NCBI GenBank assembly: GCA_964510585.1
Contig: CAZECW010000155.1
Location: forward strand, 1 to 12,724
DNA: 12,724 bases
Origin: an uncultured archaeon
GTDB lineage: Archaea > Asgardarchaeota > Jordiarchaeia > Jordiarchaeales > Jordiarchaeaceae
Reading direction: 5' to 3'
Of the stretch, positions 1-7,340 are shown piece after piece (the first letter of the stretch is position 1; the number at the start of each line of letters is the position of its first letter). The position numbers and the translations under genes are program-made. Below the pieces are notes generated by a model. The model saw only the letters and a list, made by a program, of their open reading frames with translations. It ran no database searches and was not told the DNA's origin.

Positions 1-1434
1 GTCGTATACCTGCAAAAAATAGCCAAACACATTGTTTTCCGCCTCCCAATTATTACAGCCATTATTAACGAAATTGACCTCAAAGCCCGAACCTCGAAAA
101 AAACAGACTACAGCAAGTACACAGCCCTACGTGGAGCCAGCCCCATTATGCTGCTAAGCAAGGAGGAAGCCAGAAAAATAGAACCCAAACTAAGCGACAA
201 AATACTCCTTGCCGCCTATTTTGACGAAATGTTCATTGACCCATTCAGACTCTGCATGCTAAACGCCCTATCCGCCAAGAATCACGGTGCAGTGGTTCGC
301 AACTACACCGAGGTCATCGACATCATAAGAAACGGCGACAGGGTGGAGGGCGTAATAGCAAAGGACAAAAGAACCGGAGAGGTTGAAGAAATCTACGGCA
401 AGTTTGTTGCCAACTGCGCCGGACCCTGGGTACCCCGAATATCGAAAATGGCAGGCATAGATCAACCTCTCAGGCTAAATAAGGGCTCCCACGTTATTTT
501 CGACCGAAGGGTAACCGGGGTGGGAGTTGTCTGCAGAGCTCTGGATGGAAGATCAGTTTATCTCTTCCCACACTTCGACACAACTGTTCTGGGCACAACC
601 GCCTGGGACATTTTCGGGAGCCCAGACGACGCCGAAACCAGCTATGATGACGTGGAGTACCTCATTTCAAGCATCGAGGCAGCCGTGCCCTCAATCAGGG
701 AAGCCCGAGTTATAAGAACCATGTGTGGCGTGCGTCCTATGCTGCCTGAATGGTGGATAACTGAAGATGAGGCCACCCGCAACTTTAAACTGGTGGATCA
801 CGAGGAACGCGATGGGGTTAAGGGAATTGTGAGTTTTGAGGGAGGGAAACTGGTTATCTACAGAGTGATGGCGGAAAAGATGACCGACCTTATTTGCAAG
901 AAGCTAGGCATAAAGGCTGAGTGTAGAACGCACATAGAACCCCTGCCCGGCGCAGAGGGCGAAGTGGACATAGAATTGTGGTCCGAAGAATATAATATGC
1001 CCACCCACACCGTGGGAAGGATAGCGAGCAGACATGGGTCCAACACTCCGGAAGTCTTGAAGCTTACTCGGGAGAATCCTGAGTACAAGTCCACCATTTG
1101 TAGGTGTGAGTCTGTAACTGAGGCTGAGATAAGGTACTCTCTACGAAACGAGTTTGCAACCAGTCTGAGTGACCTTCGCAGGAGGGTGAGACTGGGGATG
1201 GGTCCCTGTCAGAGCACCTTCTGCAACTTTAAAGCCCTTGCCATAATTGCCGATGAGCTTAATCTCAATCCTGAGAAGGTTCACAAAGATGCCTTGGATT
1301 TCGCTCAAGAGAGGTGGAAGGGAAAATGTGTTTTACTACGGGGGGACCAGGTGAGTGAGGAGGAAATTAACCAGGCAATATACGCTGGAGTCGCAAACTA
1401 TGATACACTACCAGATTTCTGGAGGAGGGACTAA
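1..1434 (+). CDS. glpA: Anaerobic glycerol-3-phosphate dehydrogenase subunit A (FAD), 5'-truncated by the window edge
   Basis: The frame is open from base 1 (VVYLQKIAKHIVFRLP...), so the ATG at 148 is internal. Motifs: ANCAGPW, NKGSHVIF, GTT, GVRP, GGKLVIYR, and the C-terminal BFD-like [2Fe-2S] motif CRCE...RLGMGPCQSTFC typical of GlpA. The N-terminal GxGxxG lies outside the window. Confidence 0.9.
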   Translation, partial: VVYLQKIAKHIVFRLPIITAIINEIDLKARTSKKTDYSKYTALRGASPIMLLSKEEARKIEPKLSDKILLAAYFDEMFIDPFRLCMLNALSAKNHGAVVRNYTEVIDIIRNGDRVEGVIAKDKRTGEVEEIYGKFVANCAGPWVPRISKMAGIDQPLRLNKGSHVIFDRRVTGVGVVCRALDGRSVYLFPHFDTTVLGTTAWDIFGSPDDAETSYDDVEYLISSIEAAVPSIREARVIRTMCGVRPMLPEWWITEDEATRNFKLVDHEERDGVKGIVSFEGGKLVIYRVMAEKMTDLICKKLGIKAECRTHIEPLPGAEGEVDIELWSEEYNMPTHTVGRIASRHGSNTPEVLKLTRENPEYKSTICRCESVTEAEIRYSLRNEFATSLSDLRRRVRLGMGPCQSTFCNFKALAIIADELNLNPEKVHKDALDFAQERWKGKCVLLRGDQVSEEEINQAIYAGVANYDTLPDFWRRD

Positions 1435-1435
1435 G

Positions 1436-2770
1436 GTGAAGGTAGACGTTTGCGTTATAGGCGCTGGGGTAGCCGGCTTGACAGCTGCAAGAAAGGCGGC
1501 TGAAAAGGGGCTTAAAGTTCTGGCTGCGGAGAAGGGTTCCGGAGCCACTATACAATCATCGGGTGTAATTGACGTAGCGGGTTACCTCCCCCCTAATCAT
1601 ATGTTCACTTCTGCTTCTGAGGGTGTACGTACCATAGCTGAAAAGGTTAAGAATCATCCCTACTCAATTATTGGAGGAGGCAAAAAATCTGAGCCCGAGA
1701 GGAGAGGTCGAGAATCGGAGAGAAACGTTAGAAGGGCCTTAGACTTTTTTGTAGAGGGCATGAAGTCTGTAGGGGTTAATTTTAGGGGCTCTCTTGATGA
1801 AAATGTTTTGGTGACAAATTTTTTGGGAACATTTAAGCCTACCTGTCTCTGCCCCTCCACAATATACAATGGTGATTTGAGGAGGCTGGACGGTTCTTCA
1901 CTGGTACTGGTGGGGGTTAAGGGATTTCCCGACTATGATTCCAAGTTCTGCGCCCAATCCCTATCAGACATATTACCCTGCCTTGGGATTAAGCCCAAGT
2001 CTGTGAGCCACGCTTACATAGATGTTCCCGGTCTGGAGGGTAGGGGAGACATTTTGGCAATTGAAATTGCAAGAAAGATGGATGATCCACAAGTTCTGGA
2101 AAAGATTGGGCAAAGTCTTCAAAAAGTTGCAGGTTCCGCAGAGCATTTGGCTATCCCCACCTGTGGAGTTCAATCCCCCGAGGAAAACATTAAAACTCTT
2201 GCGGAAGCCACTGGAGCCAATGTTTTCGAATTGGCTTCTTTTCCCCCCTCGGTTCCCGGCTACCGTCTGGTCAAAAGTCTTGAAAATTTGGCCCAAAAGG
2301 CTGGCGTTAGTGTTCGGCGGGGATACAAAATTTTGGATGCAAAATTTGACAAAAATGTGAAAAGCTTGAGGGTGGAGGTTGGCAGAAAAATAGTGGAAAT
2401 TGAGGCCGACGTGTATATACTGGCTTCAGGGGGCTTTCTGGGGGGAGGCCTAAAGGAGGAAAAGGATTTCATAAGAGAATCAATATTCAATCTGCCAGTT
2501 TACAGCAGTGACGGCATAAATCTTGAGGAGGTCTACCTGGAAAAGCTACTTAGTAGAAAAGTGTTTCCCAAGGGAGGACACCAGCTTTTTTCATGCGGAA
2601 TCCTTGTCGATGAAAACCTGCAGCCCCTATCAGAAAAGGGGGAACCAGTGTACGGCAACCTTTACGCCGCGGGAGCCATACTCTCTGGATACAACTATAT
2701 GGCGGAAAAGAGCGGAATGGGCGTAGCCATAGCAACAGGCTACCTGGCTGGATTGAAGGCGTCAAGTTAG
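1436..2770 (+). CDS. glpB: Anaerobic glycerol-3-phosphate dehydrogenase subunit B (flavoprotein), about 444 aa
   Basis: Start moved from 1355 to the GTG at 1436, which lies 1 nt after the glpA stop and follows GGAGGAGG at 1421-1428. It gives MKVDVCVIGAGVAG (Rossmann fold). GlpB motifs: GATIQSSGVIDV, LASGGFLGGGL, NLYAAGAILSGY...SGMGVAIATGYLAG. Confidence 0.88.
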   Translation: MKVDVCVIGAGVAGLTAARKAAEKGLKVLAAEKGSGATIQSSGVIDVAGYLPPNHMFTSASEGVRTIAEKVKNHPYSIIGGGKKSEPERRGRESERNVRRALDFFVEGMKSVGVNFRGSLDENVLVTNFLGTFKPTCLCPSTIYNGDLRRLDGSSLVLVGVKGFPDYDSKFCAQSLSDILPCLGIKPKSVSHAYIDVPGLEGRGDILAIEIARKMDDPQVLEKIGQSLQKVAGSAEHLAIPTCGVQSPEENIKTLAEATGANVFELASFPPSVPGYRLVKSLENLAQKAGVSVRRGYKILDAKFDKNVKSLRVEVGRKIVEIEADVYILASGGFLGGGLKEEKDFIRESIFNLPVYSSDGINLEEVYLEKLLSRKVFPKGGHQLFSCGILVDENLQPLSEKGEPVYGNLYAAGAILSGYNYMAEKSGMGVAIATGYLAGLKASS

Positions 2771-2792
2771 GTTAAGGCGGAGGAAAATTAAA

Positions 2793-4016
2793 ATGCCGGA
2801 AAAGGAGTTAGAACACATAGAAGGAATAATGAGGGAAGAAGACATAGTACTCATGAGGCCAGAGGAGGAGGAAACGTACAAAAAGGTTGAGGCTTGCCAG
2901 AATTGCGGGTTATGTTTGGTCGTGTGTCCCATACTTGAGGTTCTTCAGCATGAAGCCTATTCTGGTCCCCGAAGCATAACCAGCGAACTCTCAAGAACTG
3001 TAAGGGAATTTTGGAAGGCCAAGGATGTGGTGTACTATTGTACCTTGTGTGGGCGGTGCCAGGAAATCTGCTCCAAAAATGTGCCCGTGCCAAAGGTGGT
3101 GAGTCTCATCCGCTCAAAGCTATTTAAGCAGAGAAGAGAGTTGATGCCTGCAAACTTTCAGGCTATGCTTGAAAACCTAAACAATTATGGTTTAGCATTT
3201 GAACCAATGGATAAAGAGGAAAGGGTGGAGAGTGCTAGGGGGAGACTGGAAATGTTGGGGCTTCCCTACGTGCCGGACAAAGTAAAATCCAATGCTGAGA
3301 TTCTCTACTTTCCGGGCTGTCAGGCGGAAAATCTTCTTCCAGAAATTAGGGAGAGCGCTAAACTGGTTATGGAGAAAATGGGGGTTGACTACACCCTATT
3401 GCCAGACCTAAAATGCTGTAGCCTCCCCTCAATACTCATGGGAGACTCAGAAACCGCTGAGAAGCTGCAAAAGGACTTTCTGGAAAAAATGAGGAGTGTG
3501 GGCGCCAAAATAGTCGTTACCACCTGTGCGGGCTGCACCGCAACCCTTGCGGAAATAAGGGACAGGAGTAATGGGGACTTCGAGGTAAAGCACCTAATTG
3601 AATACATTTTGGAGGATTTTGGGAAGGAAAAATTCGGAAAACTCGTTCCCAACCATCCTGAGAATGTTAGTGTAACCCTACACTCGCCCTGCCACCTGGA
3701 CAGACACGTGGGCAAATACACCACGGAATACGCGGAAGAACTCCTAGGAATGCTGCCCAAAGTGGAGTTCAAAAAACTAGGGGAGCCTGGAAGGTGCTGT
3801 GGAGCAGGAGGGCTACTCAACCTCTACAATCCCCAAATATCAAGAGAGATAGCTAAGAAAGAAATTGAAGAAATCCAAAAATTAAACGTGCAAAACGTGG
3901 TCACACCCTGCCCCCTCTGCTTAGTACAAATAGACCAAGCGCTTTTCAAAAAGAAGTCCAAAACCCAGGCTCTCGACTACACAGTATTCCTAGCGAAAAG
4001 ATTATACGGGGCATAG
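2793..4016 (+). CDS. glpC: GlpC/HdrD/GlcF-family Fe-S protein with two 4Fe-4S motifs and two CCG domains; probable G3P dehydrogenase subunit C
   Basis: CQNCGLCLVVCP and CTLCGRCQEIC, then CCG elements YFPGC, KCCS, TTCAGC, HSPCH, RCCGAGG, TPCPLC. GGAGG lies upstream, 22 nt after glpB. The gene symbol rests on position. Confidence 0.78.
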   Translation: MPEKELEHIEGIMREEDIVLMRPEEEETYKKVEACQNCGLCLVVCPILEVLQHEAYSGPRSITSELSRTVREFWKAKDVVYYCTLCGRCQEICSKNVPVPKVVSLIRSKLFKQRRELMPANFQAMLENLNNYGLAFEPMDKEERVESARGRLEMLGLPYVPDKVKSNAEILYFPGCQAENLLPEIRESAKLVMEKMGVDYTLLPDLKCCSLPSILMGDSETAEKLQKDFLEKMRSVGAKIVVTTCAGCTATLAEIRDRSNGDFEVKHLIEYILEDFGKEKFGKLVPNHPENVSVTLHSPCHLDRHVGKYTTEYAEELLGMLPKVEFKKLGEPGRCCGAGGLLNLYNPQISREIAKKEIEEIQKLNVQNVVTPCPLCLVQIDQALFKKKSKTQALDYTVFLAKRLYGA

Positions 4017-4117
4017 ACCGTAACAAAAAAGAGAAACCACAAAAATATTTGCATTAAGCCTATCGTAACATTCATCAATATCACAATTATACGAAGTTGC
4101 CAGTTTCTGGAAGGTGA

Positions 4118-5569
4118 ATGGTAGTGAAGGAAAATTTGGAGTTGGATTTTGTGAAGAAGATGATTTATGATGAACTGGTGGAAATTGTGGGGGCTGAAAA
4201 TGTTTCGGTGTCCGAGGCTGACAAAATCTGTTACTCCCGGGACGCTTGGCCCAAAGCATTAATGTGGATTGATTTGGCCAAAAAATTGCCCCTACCGGAC
4301 TACATTGTCCACGTGGAGAACAAGGAGCAAATATCAAAGATTCTTAAGCTTGCCAACACCAGGAAGATTCCCGTTATCCCCTTTGCCGGTGGGGCTGGAG
4401 CCTGTGGACAGGTTGTGCCAATCCATGGGGGAATAATTCTTGATGTTAAAAAAATGGACAAAATTCTGAGAATAGACGAAGTGTCAGCCACTGTAACCGC
4501 CCAGCCTGGAATAATTGGGGAGGACCTGGAAAGGGAACTGAACAAGAGGGGATTCACTACGGGACATTTTCCCGCTTCCCAGTACACTTCCTGTCTGGGG
4601 GGCTTTGTGGCCTGCCGCTCAGCGGGATCCCTATCATCCAAGTACGGGAAAATAGAGGACATGGTAATCTCAATGGAGGTGGTGCTGCCCAACGGCGAAA
4701 TTATACGCACAAAAACAGTACCCAGAACCTCTGCAGGCCCCAATCTAAACCAACTATTCCTGGGATCTGAGGGAACACTGGGAGTAATTACTGAGGTAAC
4801 CCTGAGACTGCACCCCCTACCTGAGGAGAGGAGATTCAAAGCATTCATAATGAAAGACCTCAAAACAGGACTCGAAACAGTAAGGCAAATCTTCAGGAAA
4901 GGCCTCCGACCAGCGGTCATAAGGCTCTACGATGAACTAGACACAGTGTTCACACTAAAAGGCAAACTACAAATACCACCCGGAGCCTGCTACCTAATCT
5001 TAGCCTTCGACGGGGATAAAGAAATGGTAGACTTTGAAGAAAAACAAACCACCAAAATCTGCTTGAAAAATGAGGGCAAAGAAGTGGAAAAGGAACTAGC
5101 CGAGTACTGGTGGAACCACAGATACGACATGTATTTCCCCCACCCGGACCGCGCAAAAATGGGTCTAGTCGCCGACACAATAGACGTAGTAACAACCTGG
5201 GACAAGCTGGAAGAACTCTACTACGGAGTAAAGAAAGCAATAACCGACAGACACCCAAATGTTTTCATAATGTCCCACTTCTCCCACTTCTACCCTGAGG
5301 GAGGCAGCATATACATAATATTCGCTTTTCAGGAGCCAGACAGAGAAAAAGCCCTCCAAATGTACACCGAAATCTGGAACGACGGCCTGGAAGCCTGCCA
5401 CAAAATAGGGGCCTCAGTAGCCCACCACCACGGCATTGGCCTACTAAGAGCGAAATGGATGAGGAAAGAGCACGGCGAAGAAGGATTCAAGCTACTACAA
5501 GCAATCAAAAAAGCAATCGACCCAAACAACATAATGAACCCCGGAAAAATGGGATTCGAATCAAAATAA
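4118..5569 (+). CDS. FAD-binding oxidoreductase (VAO/PCMH fold) of the alkyl-dihydroxyacetonephosphate synthase (AGPS)/YgcU-like subfamily
   Basis: TTGHFPAS..S.LGG.VA.RSAG..S.KYG.IEDMV, PRTSAGPNLNQLFLGSEGTLGVITE, RPAVIRLYD, SHFYPEGGSIY, VAHHHGIG, DPNNIMNPGK. It lacks the GlcD/Dld motifs GHAGDGNLH and GEHG. The start could be the GTG at 4124, which is 6 nt after GGTGA. Confidence 0.85.
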   Translation: MVVKENLELDFVKKMIYDELVEIVGAENVSVSEADKICYSRDAWPKALMWIDLAKKLPLPDYIVHVENKEQISKILKLANTRKIPVIPFAGGAGACGQVVPIHGGIILDVKKMDKILRIDEVSATVTAQPGIIGEDLERELNKRGFTTGHFPASQYTSCLGGFVACRSAGSLSSKYGKIEDMVISMEVVLPNGEIIRTKTVPRTSAGPNLNQLFLGSEGTLGVITEVTLRLHPLPEERRFKAFIMKDLKTGLETVRQIFRKGLRPAVIRLYDELDTVFTLKGKLQIPPGACYLILAFDGDKEMVDFEEKQTTKICLKNEGKEVEKELAEYWWNHRYDMYFPHPDRAKMGLVADTIDVVTTWDKLEELYYGVKKAITDRHPNVFIMSHFSHFYPEGGSIYIIFAFQEPDREKALQMYTEIWNDGLEACHKIGASVAHHHGIGLLRAKWMRKEHGEEGFKLLQAIKKAIDPNNIMNPGKMGFESK

Positions 5570-5650
5570 AAGGATTCCAACCAAAAATTTAGTCAGCTCT
5601 CCCTCCCTTTTTATTGCTTAACTCCTAATAGTCTAAACAATGGATACTGT
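5570..5650. terminator. Convergent intergenic gap with T-tracts on both strands; putative archaeal terminators
   Basis: 81 nt lie between two converging stop codons, with a pyrimidine/T run on + (ctctccctccctttttatt) and a T5 run on - (forward 5584-5588). Inferred from position and composition only. Confidence 0.35.
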
Positions 5651-6514
5651 TTAGATGATTTTTGCGTGTTTAATTTGCATTTCTTTTTCGGGCATTTTTT
5701 GGAGGAGTCCCATTTTTTGGAATTCTTCCTCTGCTTCTTCTAGTGTTAAGGGTACTTTGCTGAGCCCAATTTTTTTGGCTAATGATACGAAGGGCGGTGG
5801 TTCTATTCCCGCATCCCTTAGGAGTTCTTCGTCGGTTAGAATTTTTCTTGTTTCATCATATGCTACCACTTTGCCCTTCTTCATTATCGCCACTTTGTTT
5901 GCGAGTAGGGGAATGATTTGCACGTCGAAACTGGTAAACACCAGAGTTAATTTATGCTCTTTTTCTAAATCTTTTATGATTGAGATTATCATGTTCTTTG
6001 TTTCGAAGTCTAGGTTCGCCGTTGGCTCATCCATTACTAGAATTTTTGGCTCCATCACTAAGACACCTGCTAACGCAACCAGCTTCTTCTGGCCTCCGCT
6101 AAGGAAATGTGGAACCTTATTTCGGAACTGGTATAGGCCCAATTTTTTCAGTAGCTTTTCTGTTTCTTCTAAGGCTTCCTCCCTCGGTTTTGTGTTAAGT
6201 GCTCCGAAGGCTACATCATCCAGCACAGTTGGCATAAAGAGTTGGTCATCGGACTCCTGGAAAACTATACCCACATTTTTTCTGGCATAGTTCACATTCT
6301 TCTTTGTAATCTTCACCCCATATATGTAAACTGATCCACTGGATGGATGCAAGGTTCCGTTCAAATGCAAGAGAAGAGTTGTTTTTCCACTTCCATTCGC
6401 TCCCAGTATGGCAACAGATTCGCCTTCCTCCACACTCAAATCCACACCATTCAGTGAAGGCGTCCCATCAGGATACCAATGTTTCACATCCTCCATTCTA
6501 ATAGCCAAAGTCAT
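5651..6514 (-). CDS. cbiO: ECF transporter ATPase (CbiO/NikO), with a degenerate H-loop
   Basis: Walker A GANGSGKTT, Q-loop VFQESDDQLF, signature LSGGQKK, Walker B ILVMDEP, D-loop TANLD. It overlaps the cbiQ stop by 4 nt (ATGA). Confidence 0.93.
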   Translation of the reverse strand: MTLAIRMEDVKHWYPDGTPSLNGVDLSVEEGESVAILGANGSGKTTLLLHLNGTLHPSSGSVYIYGVKITKKNVNYARKNVGIVFQESDDQLFMPTVLDDVAFGALNTKPREEALEETEKLLKKLGLYQFRNKVPHFLSGGQKKLVALAGVLVMEPKILVMDEPTANLDFETKNMIISIIKDLEKEHKLTLVFTSFDVQIIPLLANKVAIMKKGKVVAYDETRKILTDEELLRDAGIEPPPFVSLAKKIGLSKVPLTLEEAEEEFQKMGLLQKMPEKEMQIKHAKII

Positions 6515-7251
6515 AATGCTACCACCCTTTCCAAATATACTAGAAATAGAGGTAAAGCTACGGCTAACGCAAGGTAAGCCGCGTCTCTCAACCTGAACCT
6601 CACATCTGAAACAAGGCTCAGCCGGCCCGTATATCCCCTCGACTTCATTGCGACATAAACCTTTTCAGTCTTATCATACCCCCTCAAAATCAGGTTAACA
6701 ATCATGGATCCAAAGAGTTTAATTTTTCTACTCCAGGGAATACCCTCTCCCTGCCTCACATTCGCCGCGATAAACGTTTTCTGCGCTTCACCAAAAAAGT
6801 AGAAAATGTACCTTAAAGAGAGTAGAAAGGCGTCAGACAACCAGGAGGGAAGAATCCGAGACACATACTTTCCTAAGCTCATAGTAGGAGTAGACAAAAC
6901 CAGTAAAAACATGTACCAAGCAGCAGTCATCCCCTTCACCAAAATTTTGAGAATATACTCCCAACCATAACCAATGAGGGGAAGAAAAATTACAATTGAA
7001 ACAACGAAAAAGGCGGGCAAAGCACTCCACACCAACAACCTCCCCAAAGGCAACCTAGCAACAAAAAACAACAACCAAACCAAAACCGACAAAACCAAGA
7101 TTAAACGCAAGTTCTGAAGATACACTGTGGCCAAAACCATAGCCAAAGAAAAAACAAGCTTCCCCACAGGATGCAACCTATGCACAACTGAATCCAAACC
7201 AGAGTAATAATCAATAATCATAGGATTAGGAAGCAATGAATGAAACTCCAA
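6511..7251 (-). CDS. cbiQ: ECF transporter transmembrane T component (CbiQ/NikQ), about 246 aa
   Basis: Hydrophobic protein with S.VHRLHP..K, LRY and coupling-helix arginines (ANVRQG, AMKSRGY). Start moved to the TTG at 7251, 6 nt after GGAGGTG; the ATG at 7221 is an alternative. Confidence 0.88.
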   Translation of the reverse strand: MEFHSLLPNPMIIDYYSGLDSVVHRLHPVGKLVFSLAMVLATVYLQNLRLILVLSVLVWLLFFVARLPLGRLLVWSALPAFFVVSIVIFLPLIGYGWEYILKILVKGMTAAWYMFLLVLSTPTMSLGKYVSRILPSWLSDAFLLSLRYIFYFFGEAQKTFIAANVRQGEGIPWSRKIKLFGSMIVNLILRGYDKTEKVYVAMKSRGYTGRLSLVSDVRFRLRDAAYLALAVALPLFLVYLERVVAL

Positions 7252-7340
7252 AGCAAGCACCTCCCAACAAAAAATTGAAATTGAAAAATTAAGATTCAAA
7301 CTTTACCAAATACACTATTCAATTTGTATGGGCAACCACA

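Noticed and set aside
148-1434. ORF-track starts for glpA (148), glpB (1355), cbiQ (7299) and cbiM (8225)
   Set aside because: The glpA frame is open to base 1. The other three have better starts (1436, 7251, 8177) supported by RBS spacing and family N-termini.
4118-5569. Annotation as glycolate oxidase GlcD or D-lactate dehydrogenase
   Set aside because: It has HHHG and GHFPxS rather than GEHG, GHAGDGNLH and PDP.
7310-7329. ATAC-N12-GTAT dyad between cbiM and cbiQ as a NikR site
   Set aside because: The arms are only 4 bp and the spacing differs from the 7-13-7 pattern.
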